Positions 38,305 through 47,855 of a DNA stretch of 64,000 nt are shown piece after piece. The DNA is from a virus. The stretch lies in the IMG/VR virus record IMGVR_UViG_3300028422_001962, positions 1 to 64,000 of that record. One strand, written 5' to 3'. Each line of letters begins with the position of its first letter. Position 1 is the first letter of the stretch. The position numbers and the translations under genes were made by a program. The notes beneath the pieces were generated by a model, which did no database searches, was not told the DNA's origin, and saw only the letters and a list, made by a program, of their open reading frames with translations.

Positions 38305-39816
38305 ATGCAAAGGTCTCTGCTTGTCGGCAACGGACTCGACATTCAGCTTGGCGGGAATGATTTCTTGAACAAGTGGATTCTTGTTCGTCTATTAGCTGAC
38401 GTAAAATCAGGAAAATACGATGAACTGTTCAGAGACAAAGAAAGCACATCTCCTTCGATATCTGGCGACGAACTTGTGGCTCTTTTCATGGAAATGCCAT
38501 CACTAGCAAATAAAGCCCGTAGGTGTGGCTTTGATTCTTTAATAGATGCTGCCAAAGAGTCAGAAATTGTGGCTGCTTTAGTAGATTTTAAAGCAAAGTA
38601 CACATGGGATGTAACAAGTCCGGAACAAATCGGCTTAGAAGATTGGCTGCTTTTGTTGCGCCTATTCTTGCAGGAACAAGCTGATTTGTTACCGCTATTT
38701 GGCTCTATGAAACAAGGGTTTGAACGAGTTATCCTTGATAGTATCTACTGTAATGGTATGATTCAGCAAATTCATAAAAATGCCTGTAAAAAAGCAAAAG
38801 AATTTTTTTGTGGATTCGATTCACTGTTTACACTGAACTATGATAACAATCTCGAAAAACTCTCTGGGAAGCCAGTTTATCATTTGCATGGTGATTTTGA
38901 AACGGTGGCTTTGAGCGAGAACCCTAATACTGCATATGGCTTTTTAAGAAAACAGAGGGGCGAAACCGTCTACTTCCCGCCAAATTTCCAGCATTGTAAT
39001 TGTAATACGATACTCGATTACAGCGGAGATAATAAGTATAAACTTGCTGCGGCTCTTTCTTCTGCGATACCAGAATTCGAAAAGCTGAAGTCGCTATATG
39101 ATAACGACGGGGGCGAATTTAATAATTCCCTGTCAGAGTTTCCTCCTGAACAGCAGGAAATCATTATGGTTGGTATGGAGCAAAATTTACCGCTTGGCTA
39201 CAACTATCATTTCAATGATTTGGAGATGCTTGCGGGTGAACTGACAATTATCGGCATAGCTCCCCAGAACGATCGACATCTGTTCGAGTTGATAAATAGA
39301 AGCAATCTCAATAAGGTTTTGTTTTATCATTTATTCCCCCCGGATGACGAACCTGCTCCGGTATTGCCAATTTGCAAACCTTACGAAGTCAAGAATGTCA
39401 GTAATCTTTGGGCGGATATCAAATTGCAGAAACCGATGTATCTGAGTGCAACTGGTAAAGATTTCTACTTTAAATCAATAAATAATAGAGCGGAGACGCA
39501 AAAGTTCGTGGATGTTTTTAATGCGTTTGAGACGGCTGCAAACGCAATAAGCATTGCGGATCTCTTAGAACAGCTTAAATCCATACCTAAGGAAACAGAA
39601 AAATCGATTATTAACATGATGAAAGCTGAAATTCAAAAGGGTAAATACCACACATCACCAGAAACAGCAGAGGCACAATATAAACAGTTTCGAGGATTTG
39701 GAAGGACGCTTGTTACCTCTTCGTTAAGCCCGCAAACCCTGTATTTCTTATATATCTCTAATATTCGGAATAACAAGGCAAAAGCAACTATAAAGCGCAA
39801 AAAGAAAAAGAAATAA
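38305..39816 (+). CDS. AbiH/SIR2-like protein
   Basis: LLVGNGLD, FTLNYD, YHLHG, IIG motifs; RBS AGGAGAGG before 38305. Confidence 0.7.
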   Translation: MQRSLLVGNGLDIQLGGNDFLNKWILVRLLADVKSGKYDELFRDKESTSPSISGDELVALFMEMPSLANKARRCGFDSLIDAAKESEIVAALVDFKAKYTWDVTSPEQIGLEDWLLLLRLFLQEQADLLPLFGSMKQGFERVILDSIYCNGMIQQIHKNACKKAKEFFCGFDSLFTLNYDNNLEKLSGKPVYHLHGDFETVALSENPNTAYGFLRKQRGETVYFPPNFQHCNCNTILDYSGDNKYKLAAALSSAIPEFEKLKSLYDNDGGEFNNSLSEFPPEQQEIIMVGMEQNLPLGYNYHFNDLEMLAGELTIIGIAPQNDRHLFELINRSNLNKVLFYHLFPPDDEPAPVLPICKPYEVKNVSNLWADIKLQKPMYLSATGKDFYFKSINNRAETQKFVDVFNAFETAANAISIADLLEQLKSIPKETEKSIINMMKAEIQKGKYHTSPETAEAQYKQFRGFGRTLVTSSLSPQTLYFLYISNIRNNKAKATIKRKKKKK

Positions 39817-40041
39817 TATTTTAGCTATTTGGGGCGGTTTTTGTACTTCCTCCGGCGAAGAGCCTGTACTGAACCATTTAAAGCAGAGTGTGGTTGTAGA
39901 AGGTATAGCAACCATAAAAAATATCCGGTAACAAAGTGAATCCTGCCAACAGCATTGCCAGAGTATTCTTGTAAATCTTTGTAGCGTGTAGTCGCATGAC
40001 ATCACATAAATTTAAACACCAACTAAACACCAAAGGCTTCG

Positions 40042-40494
40042 TTACAGTGCCGAAAAGTCCCGTAGTATGGGGATTTCTGCTGTATCGAAGTCTTTTTTCT
40101 CGTAGAAAACGGGTATGCTCTTTTCCTTAAGCTGCCGGATGTATTTCAGGCAATCCAGGGTATTGCGGGCAAACCTGCTGATGGATTTTGTAATGACCAT
40201 GTCGATGCTGCCCGCCATGCACTCATCGATCATTCGGTTGAATTCTTCACGCTTCTTTGTATTTGTACCTGAGATGCCGTCATCTGCATAAATTCCTGCC
40301 AGTGTCCAATCCGGATGGCCGTTGATGTAAGCTGTGTAATGCTCAATCTGCGCATCGTAGCTGGTAGCTTGTTCATCACTGTCGGTTGAAACCCTACAGT
40401 AGGCAGCAACACGGAGTTTTGGCTTTTCTTCATCACTATCTTTTCGGATATGCTTCCTTGCTGGAAGCACCGTAACAGTTCTATTTGTTGCCAA
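40042..40494 (-). pseudogene. Truncated large serine recombinase (catalytic domain only)
   Basis: [27 protein letters not shown]; ends at PVFYEK plus unrelated tail, no recombinase or zinc-ribbon domain. Confidence 0.85.
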
Positions 40495-40498
40495 TTGT

Positions 40499-40567
40499 TT
40501 ACACCTCGCTTTCTATTAGGCTATCATCTGCTGCGCAGCTCCGTGGACTTGTCTGTGCCTTATACAT
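40499..40567 (-). pseudogene. 22-codon deletion-scar fusion ORF
   Basis: RBS GGAGGTG; [22 protein letters not shown]. Confidence 0.6.
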
Positions 40568-40708
40568 TCGTTTCACCTCCTTGGAAGGAGCGCTTGTCGT
40601 TTTGCTCTTTCCACTACCCAATGGAGGTGAAAATGCTGTTTGAACGAAAATCGAGAAAAGTTTTTCTCCGGCCCCCTAAAAAGGCAGCCGGAGAATGATG
40701 GTGCGGTA

Positions 40709-41230
40709 TCAGATGTAGTCGTGCAGGAGCTCTCGCAAAGTGTCAAATGCTTTTTTCTTTTTGTAGTTGATAGTGGATTGCTGAGAAATGCCCATGATGG
40801 CAGCTATCTCTCGTTCCGTCTTATCCTGAAGCAAAAGTTCACAGATGCGGCGACCATCAGGGTCGAGCTTGTCCAGCTTGCATAGAAGGGCGTCCAGTAG
40901 TTCGCGCTCTTCCAAAACTGACTGAGCGCTGGGAGAATCGTCTGGTAAGTCATCGAGCCAGCTTTTTTCGTTACCATCCTCGTCCGAAACGGTGTAGTCA
41001 AGGGAAAGCTCATCCCCACCTTTGCGAAAACGGCAGGTGCAGCAGTCCATGTCGCAGAGATAGCGCTTGCTTGCAGGGCAGACACAGCGGCCATGTTCTT
41101 GTTGCCTACGACGATAGGCATTGATGTCACGGTAATAGTTGTCATAGTCGATTTTGCTGATAGACACCCATTGGTGCAGGTCTTTGAGGTAGATTGCGCG
41201 TTCGGTGGGTTGATTGTCTTGGGTTTTCAT
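40709..41230 (-). CDS. Sigma-70 region-4 (ECF-like) phage transcription factor
   Basis: CVC..CDMDCCTC, LSLDY, TEREIAAIMGISQQSTINYKK; positional paralog of 13388-13849. Confidence 0.85.
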   Translation of the reverse strand: MKTQDNQPTERAIYLKDLHQWVSISKIDYDNYYRDINAYRRRQQEHGRCVCPASKRYLCDMDCCTCRFRKGGDELSLDYTVSDEDGNEKSWLDDLPDDSPSAQSVLEERELLDALLCKLDKLDPDGRRICELLLQDKTEREIAAIMGISQQSTINYKKKKAFDTLRELLHDYI

Positions 41231-41453
41231 TTAGATTTCCTCCTGTGATTTGAATTGCGTGAGCAATCGCAGGGAGGAAACATGTTGAAAAATGTAAAAT
41301 TTACCATTATGTCATTGAATTTCGGTTTACTACGTGATATAATGGTTTAGTTGGGTTTGGTGGGAGTTACGAAAGTAAGTAACCTGCACCGGCTTTGCTG
41401 TATCCAGAAGCAATAAAAAATGCCCCTGCGATTTCTCACAAGGACATGAAATT

Positions 41454-41507
41454 GTTCGCCGAGTTCGCCAGCCATACTTCGTTTGGTTGCTTGGAGTTCG
41501 CCGAGTT
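41454..41507. promoter_or_regulatory. 12-bp direct repeat, candidate Xis/HTH-binding sites
   Basis: GTTCGCCGAGTT at 41454 and 41496 in the divergent intergenic region. Confidence 0.5.
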
Positions 41508-41534
41508 AGTTTTTTTGAAATATGGTGAAAATCT

Positions 41535-42467
41535 ATGACAAACACTTTAAAACAGCGCCTTTGCGGCGGTACTTTTTTCACATTATTTTTACGCGCCAGA
41601 AAGCCCTTGCGTGGAGCAAATGAATATTATGCAGGGACTCCAGAGCCATATTCCGAACCCATAGCTCTGTTTGCCTTATCTAAGGTGATAGTTCCTGATT
41701 GGAAGAGCATATTTGTATACGCCGATAGCACAGTTAGTGGTAATACTTCGGAATATAAGACCTGTAACAATGAAGGCGGCTCAATATACCCTTTTGGTGA
41801 TGGTGCAGCGCTGACTGCATTCAATGCACGAATCAAAGAAAACTATCCTTCTGTATTAGCCGAAATGTGCAAGGTTATAGGCTTGCTCGTTGACACCGGC
41901 AGCATGAGAAAAGATGAGCGCTTTGTTAAAGAGCTTTTAGCCTTGATTGCAGTCGATGATTCCATCGGGGATAGTCAACCTTTCTTTGCTCTGGAAAGCG
42001 GCGATACTATAACAAAATCCGATCTCCTCAAAGCAACAGGTGTTTGCTTACAATCATTTTTATTAGGTGTTTGGCATTTCGCAGTAACCCGTTCGGAAAA
42101 GAACACTTTTGGTAAGGAAACAATCGATCTATGGTGTCCTTCAACCGGGGGTGGAAAGCGCGAATACAAAGGTAACCTTGCAAACCTCATAACAAGGAAT
42201 ATCACGCTAACCTATCGTGAACCATTTGAGGAAAGTGCAGATTCCGAAATTGTTGATGAGCCCTTGGTGGATGAGCCTATGACAAGTGATGAACCTCATA
42301 GCGAGGAACAATCGACAGAAAAAGAACCTGCCGCATCCAATTTGACGCAGCAGGTTATAAACAACAATCCGACATTCTTCAATTTCAACATATCAGGCAA
42401 TAACAACAGCTTCTATAACAGGGTAGATACAGTAAATATTAAGAACGGAGGGCAAAAAGATGAGTGA
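41535..42467 (+). CDS. Hypothetical protein A with acidic linker and C-terminal N-rich amyloid-like motif
   Basis: RLCGGTFFTL N-terminus; E/D/P linker; ends FNFNISGNNNSFYNRVDTVNIKN. Confidence 0.75.
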   Translation: MTNTLKQRLCGGTFFTLFLRARKPLRGANEYYAGTPEPYSEPIALFALSKVIVPDWKSIFVYADSTVSGNTSEYKTCNNEGGSIYPFGDGAALTAFNARIKENYPSVLAEMCKVIGLLVDTGSMRKDERFVKELLALIAVDDSIGDSQPFFALESGDTITKSDLLKATGVCLQSFLLGVWHFAVTRSEKNTFGKETIDLWCPSTGGGKREYKGNLANLITRNITLTYREPFEESADSEIVDEPLVDEPMTSDEPHSEEQSTEKEPAASNLTQQVINNNPTFFNFNISGNNNSFYNRVDTVNIKNGGQKDE

Positions 42468-43086
42468 GAAACTTCAGCCGATCTCATCGGCCTTCCTTCC
42501 GTCGAACGGCGCATCGGCTAATATAACTCTACCCGGCGACGGGAACACATTGATTGCCCAGGCCAATGTGGTAAACATGAAAAGCGTGTACATTCCTGTT
42601 GTTCAGGCAAACGGTGTAACACTTCCGACAAGACGGACTGTGAATGAGGATTATTATAATCTTTTCGTTATTGGCGATGAAACATTTACTGGAGGATATT
42701 TTATCGTACCGAAGAAGTGTGCATTAACTGAAAGCATAGCGCCAGAATTGAAAGCCTTGTATGCTAAGCTCGATATGAATGCCATTGCAGCAATCAAAAC
42801 TTTCCCAGCCATATTCGCAAGCAAAAATCATCAGTATTGTTGTGCGGGAGTGAATCAAGAGGCATACCTCGGATTTGTAAATGATATAAGCATTCAGGAC
42901 AACGGTATTAAGGTTTCTTTTCATCTACTGTATGCAATTCCCCAGAGAAGATTGAATGAACTTGCTTGTGAGATTTCTATTGACTGTGCTTCAGCGTTCA
43001 ACGAATTCGACAATACGCATTGGACAATTAAGCGGATAAACATTATAGAAAAACTGCGTAAAGCAGGCATAGACACACTCCTTTAA
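42460..43086 (+). CDS. Hypothetical protein B with N-terminal amyloid-like motif
   Basis: ITLPGDGNTLIAQANVVNM then globular domain YYNLFV...EFDNTHWTIK; overlaps gene A by 8 bp. Confidence 0.75.
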   Translation: MSEKLQPISSAFLPSNGASANITLPGDGNTLIAQANVVNMKSVYIPVVQANGVTLPTRRTVNEDYYNLFVIGDETFTGGYFIVPKKCALTESIAPELKALYAKLDMNAIAAIKTFPAIFASKNHQYCCAGVNQEAYLGFVNDISIQDNGIKVSFHLLYAIPQRRLNELACEISIDCASAFNEFDNTHWTIKRINIIEKLRKAGIDTLL

Positions 43087-43134
43087 GATAAATAGCCGCA
43101 CAGAAACTCGATATACACATTATGGAGGTTCAAT

Positions 43135-43335
43135 ATGAGTAACGAGAAAGAAAACAGTGTTCCTGAAAAATGGGTAAACCTTGAGGATGTTGCAGAACAT
43201 CTCAGCGTTAGCAAGGACACCGTCCGCACATGGATGCGGGAAGGTAAACTCCCCATTAACAAAGCTGGGAAGAGATACAAGTTCAAAATTTCCGAAGTTG
43301 ATGAATGGGTACGAAAAGGAAAAATCAAAGATTAA
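43135..43335 (+). CDS. Excisionase-like HTH_17 DNA-binding protein
   Basis: WVNLEDVAEHLSVSKDTVRTW..K.GKRYKFKISEVDEW. Confidence 0.88.
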   Translation: MSNEKENSVPEKWVNLEDVAEHLSVSKDTVRTWMREGKLPINKAGKRYKFKISEVDEWVRKGKIKD

Positions 43336-43392
43336 TAGGCAATAAATGATATTTCGTAAATACCGACCAATCTCGGTGGAAGGAGAAAAATT

Positions 43393-45669
43393 ATGACGCC
43401 AAAAATGTCATCCGCAATCAAAAAAATAACGCTCAATACCCCCACCTTCAACGGAGACGTGGTTGAGCCGACATTTATTAATTTCTTTTACGGCAGAAAC
43501 GGCGCTGGCAAATCCACGATAGCACAGGCTATCGGCGCAAATACCGGCCTACTTTGGCAGGACGGCAAGTCAGCGGCGGATTATGATATTTTGGTTTATG
43601 ACCAAGACTTCATCAACAACAACCTGCAGAATTACGGGAACCTCGCAGGCGTGTTTACTGTATGTGATACAAATATCGAAATTCAAAAACAGGTGGAACA
43701 GAAAACGGCTGAAAGAGCCTCATTTGATGAGCAGTACCGTACTCTTACCACTGCAGCGGGAAGCAAACAGGATGCTATGACCGCCTCTTTGAGCACTTTT
43801 CAGAATGCTTGTTGGGAAAAGTCGAAGTCGATTCGGGACGCATTCGATGAGGCGATGAAGGGCAAAAAGCGAATTAACTTGTTCGCAGAATCTGTTTTAT
43901 CCGTTCCGACACCCGCTGAGCATGACTTAGCCGCGCTGAAAAAAATGTACGATATTGCATTCGATACTTCAGCAACAGTATATAAGCTCTTTTCCAGAGC
44001 TGGCAGCTCCACCACATATGGAAAGTTACCCGGAAAAGACCTCATGGATAAAGCCATTGTAGGTAGTAGTGAGTCAACATTCACGGCATTTATGAAGGCC
44101 CTTCATGCAACCGACTGGGTACGGCAAGGACACGATCACTATGTGGCTGGAGCCGACGGAAAATGTCCGTTCTGCCAGCAGAAACTACCGGCGGGTTTTG
44201 ATGATGAAATTGCGGCTTGTTTTGATGCACAGTACCAGCAAGACATTGACGATATTACGGAATTTCAAGCTACATATTCACGTGAGACGGGTGCCATTTT
44301 AGACACGCTCCAAACAAACCTGCAGGATGTGCTTGCTACCGTAGATTTGGTGGAATACAAGGATAAAATTGCACTATTAAAAAGCAGTATCGAAATCAAC
44401 AAGCAGCGCATCTCCGGTAAAGTTAAGGAACCCACCTCTATCGTGGCGCTTGAGGATACGGATTCACTGCTCATAGAAATAGGCACTCTCATTGATGATA
44501 TCAACCGCCAGATCAAGGCCAACAACGATGTCGTAAATGACAAGAAGGCGAAAAAGGCAGCTTGTGTCAATCAGGTGTGGGAGCATCTTGCTTTCATGTT
44601 GAGCCGTGATGTCGCTACTTATAAGGCTGAACAGGCAAAGCTAAAAAAAGAAGCTGATGACCTGACAGCCAAAGCGACTGCTGCACGTCGCGCTTTTAAT
44701 GCCGCAACGGGCGATATTGCCGAACTTAACAAACAGGTAGTCAATACCCAAGCAGCTATTGCCAGCATAAACGCTTTACTAAAAGACTCCGGATTTCAAG
44801 GCTTCAGCCTCCGTGAGAAGACGGGAGTTCCGAATGTGTATGAGGTTGTACGTGAAGACGGAAGCATTGCGGTAAAGTTGAGTGAAGGTGAGCGTAATTT
44901 TATTGCATTTTTGTACTTCTACAACCTTGTTCGTGGCAGCCATAGCAGCGAAGAAGTAAAGGACAAAATCGTGGTTATCGACGACCCGGTTTCCAGTATG
45001 GACAGCAACACACTGTTTATTGTTAGTGCTATCATTCGAGAAATGGTCGAAGTTTGCTATAACAACACCGACTATCGCGACAACACGGTTCAGGGCGACT
45101 ACATCAAACAGATATTCATTCTGACGCACAATGTGTATTTTCATAGGGAGATTACCTATCGGCAGGTCAGTCGCTACAAGAGCGTGTCATTTTACATGAT
45201 ACATAAAACAGACAACGTGTCGACAGTCAAGCTCTGTGACAAAGAGAGTGAAGGATGTCCGACTGAAAAAGAAAATTACAACCCGGTTCAAAACTCATAT
45301 GCGGCTCTGTGGGATGAATTCAGAGTATTGAAGTCCACAATACCGCTGCTCAATGTAATACGGCGTATTTTGGAGTATTATTTTCTGCAGCTTTGCGGAT
45401 ACGAGGGAACGGACATCCGTAAGGTTGTTTTGGAAAAGAACAAAGATAAATTTGTCACCCCGGTGGAAGGCGGTCAGCCGGATTATGAGAAATACCAGCT
45501 GGCTTCGTCGATGCTGACATATATCAATAACCCGCAGGGTATCAGCGATGGTTTGAACTATGTCGAAGATTGCGTCGATGCCGGGCAATACAAAACAGTT
45601 TTCAAGCTTATCTTTGATTCGCTTGGACAGATACAGCATTACAATATGATGATGGGGCAAGAGGCATAA
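43393..45669 (+). CDS. RloC-like AAA_13 ABC-ATPase (zinc hook, HEPN-like tail)
   Basis: YGRNGAGKST, CPFC, LSEGE, IDDPVSSMD, LTHN, RRILEYY. Confidence 0.82.
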   Translation: MTPKMSSAIKKITLNTPTFNGDVVEPTFINFFYGRNGAGKSTIAQAIGANTGLLWQDGKSAADYDILVYDQDFINNNLQNYGNLAGVFTVCDTNIEIQKQVEQKTAERASFDEQYRTLTTAAGSKQDAMTASLSTFQNACWEKSKSIRDAFDEAMKGKKRINLFAESVLSVPTPAEHDLAALKKMYDIAFDTSATVYKLFSRAGSSTTYGKLPGKDLMDKAIVGSSESTFTAFMKALHATDWVRQGHDHYVAGADGKCPFCQQKLPAGFDDEIAACFDAQYQQDIDDITEFQATYSRETGAILDTLQTNLQDVLATVDLVEYKDKIALLKSSIEINKQRISGKVKEPTSIVALEDTDSLLIEIGTLIDDINRQIKANNDVVNDKKAKKAACVNQVWEHLAFMLSRDVATYKAEQAKLKKEADDLTAKATAARRAFNAATGDIAELNKQVVNTQAAIASINALLKDSGFQGFSLREKTGVPNVYEVVREDGSIAVKLSEGERNFIAFLYFYNLVRGSHSSEEVKDKIVVIDDPVSSMDSNTLFIVSAIIREMVEVCYNNTDYRDNTVQGDYIKQIFILTHNVYFHREITYRQVSRYKSVSFYMIHKTDNVSTVKLCDKESEGCPTEKENYNPVQNSYAALWDEFRVLKSTIPLLNVIRRILEYYFLQLCGYEGTDIRKVVLEKNKDKFVTPVEGGQPDYEKYQLASSMLTYINNPQGISDGLNYVEDCVDAGQYKTVFKLIFDSLGQIQHYNMMMGQEA

Positions 45670-45737
45670 GCCCCTCTCATGGGACAGCCAATGGCGTAGA
45701 ATGATAACGGGCAAAAAGCCTGAGTGGAGGAAATTTT

Positions 45738-47843
45738 ATGGTTGATAAGCAAATAATAGATGCAATGTGGGATGATTCCCCCATTGATGTGTCTACAGAG
45801 GTAAACTTTATCTGGTCGATCGCAAACAAGCTGCGCGGTCCGTACCAGAGCGATAAATATAAGGATGTCATCATACCGATGACCGTCATCCGCCGTTTTG
45901 AGTGCGCTCTTGCACCTACCAAAAAGGCGGTCGTTGATCAGTTTAATGCCAATCCGAGCTATCCGCCGAAAGCGATGTATCGCATCTCCGGCTTTCAGTT
46001 CTACAATACCAGCGGTTATGATCTCGCTGAGCTGGTGAACGATGCCGACCACATTGCCGCCAATTTCAAAAGCTATATTCAGGGCTTTTCACCTAATGTG
46101 CAGGAAATTCTGCTGTCAGCCGAAAAGGGTCTGGATTTCTATAAGCAAATCGACAAGATGGATAAAAACAATCGCTTGCTCAGTGTTGTCAAGGCGTTTT
46201 CAGAACTCGACTTGAACCCTCGTACCATCGACAACGTGAAAATGGGATACATATTCGAGGAGCTCATACGTAAATTCTCTGAAAATGCCGAGGCTGGCGA
46301 CCACTACACGGGCAGAGATATCATTAAGACGATGGTCAATATTCTGCTGGCAGAGGGCTGCGACGACATTTTTGATGATGGCAAGGTTATCACGATACTC
46401 GACCAAGCCTGCGGCACAGGCGGTATGCTTTCTACTGGCTATAACTTCATTAAACGTTATAACCCCTCTGCCGACGTCCGGCTTTTTGGGCAGGAAATCA
46501 ACCCGGAATCTTATGCGATGTGCCTTTCCGAAATGCTCATTAAAGGTCAGAACTCCGAGAACATCTGTTATCAAGACACCATGAAAGCCGACTGCTTCAA
46601 GGGAACAGCGATGCGTTTCGTGCTCGAAAATCCGCCGTTCGGTACTGCGTGGGGTGGCAAGGACGCTGCCGAGGGCGTTGAAACTGCAGTAAATGATGAA
46701 TTCAAGAAGGGCTATGACGGACGCTGGGGTGCGGGGCTTCCCGGTTCCGGTGATATGCAGATGCTGTTTTTACAGTCTGCAATTGACAAAATGGACAAGC
46801 ATAACGGACGCGCTGCCATCATTCAAAACGGCAGTCCTCTGTTTTCCGGTGGCACTGCTTCTGGCGAGAGCCAGATCCGCCGCTGGCTACTGCAAAGCGA
46901 CCTGATTGAAGCAATAATTGCGCTGCCGACAGATCTTTTTTACAATACCGGCATCGCTACATATATTTGGGTGTTATCGAAAAATAAGCGCGCCGAGCGC
47001 AAGGGTAAAATTCAGCTCATTGACGCTTCCAGCATTTTTCATAAGCTCCGTAAAGCTCTGGGGAACAAGAAAAACGAGATTGCCCCGGAAGACCGCTCCG
47101 ACATTACACGGTTGTATGCGGACTTCAAAGAAAACGAGCTATGCAAAATCTATAACAACGAAGAATTCATTTATCGAGAGTATACCGTGATGCAACCGCT
47201 CCAACGTAGCTATGCCATCACTGAAGAACGCATCCAGCAGATGCTTTCAAAAGGCGCACTCAGTTCTTTATATGACGAGGGCAAAGTCAGCGAACTGGAA
47301 AATTCCGAAGAAGAGCTGTCCGGCAAGGACGTAAAGAAGTTGGAGAACTATCAGAACAACAAGCCTGTGTTTGATAGCATAGTTGCCGCACTGGAAGCCG
47401 CCGTTTCTGAGGAAGTCTACCTTTCCCCGGCTGCGTTTCTGCCTGAGGTAACAAAGGTACTGTCTTCCGCAACTGCAGACAAGAAGCTAATTGAGAAAAT
47501 TGCGGACGGTCTTTCCGTCATGGATAAGAACGCTGAAATTCAGCGTGACAGGAAGGGCGAAATCATCTATGACAAGGAATCGAAGGATACCGAAATTGTA
47601 AAATATGAGGAGGACATTGACACCTATATGGCGCGTGAAGTCCTGCCGCACATCCCCGATGCGAAAGCATTCTTCGAGGAAGATTTGAGCAAGAAAAAGC
47701 CGGTCATCAAGACCGGTGCGGAGATTCCATTTACCCGCTATTTTTACAAATATCAGCAGCCTACCCCCAGTGAAGAGCTGGAGGAACGCTTTACTACGCT
47801 TGAGCAATCAATCAATGAGCGCGTAGCAAAGCTGTTCGATTAA
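45738..47843 (+). CDS. hsdM: Type I RM methyltransferase
   Basis: FIWSIA..LRG, GDHYT, DQACGTGGML, ENPPFG, FYNTGI. Confidence 0.95.
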   Translation: MVDKQIIDAMWDDSPIDVSTEVNFIWSIANKLRGPYQSDKYKDVIIPMTVIRRFECALAPTKKAVVDQFNANPSYPPKAMYRISGFQFYNTSGYDLAELVNDADHIAANFKSYIQGFSPNVQEILLSAEKGLDFYKQIDKMDKNNRLLSVVKAFSELDLNPRTIDNVKMGYIFEELIRKFSENAEAGDHYTGRDIIKTMVNILLAEGCDDIFDDGKVITILDQACGTGGMLSTGYNFIKRYNPSADVRLFGQEINPESYAMCLSEMLIKGQNSENICYQDTMKADCFKGTAMRFVLENPPFGTAWGGKDAAEGVETAVNDEFKKGYDGRWGAGLPGSGDMQMLFLQSAIDKMDKHNGRAAIIQNGSPLFSGGTASGESQIRRWLLQSDLIEAIIALPTDLFYNTGIATYIWVLSKNKRAERKGKIQLIDASSIFHKLRKALGNKKNEIAPEDRSDITRLYADFKENELCKIYNNEEFIYREYTVMQPLQRSYAITEERIQQMLSKGALSSLYDEGKVSELENSEEELSGKDVKKLENYQNNKPVFDSIVAALEAAVSEEVYLSPAAFLPEVTKVLSSATADKKLIEKIADGLSVMDKNAEIQRDRKGEIIYDKESKDTEIVKYEEDIDTYMAREVLPHIPDAKAFFEEDLSKKKPVIKTGAEIPFTRYFYKYQQPTPSEELEERFTTLEQSINERVAKLFD

Positions 47844-47855
47844 GGCGGTGATTTT

